A stretch of 63,203 nt of DNA, counting the filler, from Octopus bimaculoides (taxonomy: Eukaryota): NCBI RefSeq assembly GCF_001194135.2. It is 7 parts of 6 records of this genome, joined end to end, with 100 filler letters (N's around TTAATTAATTAA, not from the genome) between each part and the next. Parts side by side here need not be neighbours in the genome. Positions count along the whole stretch, not along the records: positions 59,840 to 63,203 come from NC_069007.1; 6 more parts are not named here. The stretch is one strand, 5' to 3'. How positions within the stretch are numbered: position 1 is the first letter of the stretch; every line of letters starts with the position of its first letter. Under the pieces are notes generated by a model. The model had not been told where the DNA came from. It saw only the letters and a list, made by a program, of their open reading frames with translations, and searched no databases. Positions 63,184 to 63,203 of this stretch are shown here, piece by piece. The translations under genes and the position numbers were made by a program.

Positions 63184-63203
63184 ATTTATTCATTTAATAG
63201 CAT

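Overview
AT-rich, microsatellite-saturated animal DNA from a gapped draft assembly (roughly 9% N). The tRNA-derived SINE families, TTAGGG repeats and TE spectrum point to an octopod cephalopod, probably Octopus; this is inference from recalled repeat families, not a database result. No intact host protein-coding exon, rRNA, true tRNA or CRISPR array is supported, and most listed ORFs are microsatellite or gap artefacts. The window is a TE graveyard: at least 4 SINE families, decayed RTE, CR1, Tx1/L1 and R4/Dong LINE pieces, three Penelope GIY-YIG fragments, four mariner relics, a Tigger-like MITE, a probable solo LTR, Helitron 3' ends and foldback elements. The most notable observations are: (1) several Penelope-type minimal hammerhead ribozyme motifs, including an inverted pair at 27.5-27.8 kb; (2) a SINE family whose 3' tail matches the 3' end of a Tx1-like LINE in the same window, suggesting a SINE-LINE partnership; (3) a CpG-dense GAAC/GTAC mosaic satellite with a ~490-bp higher-order period; (4) a perfect (TAACCC)n/(GGGTTA)n palindrome; (5) two CpG-rich promoter-like islands; (6) an unassigned decayed coding relic at 28.9-29.6 kb. 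All coordinates were read by eye, and TE boundaries are approximate.
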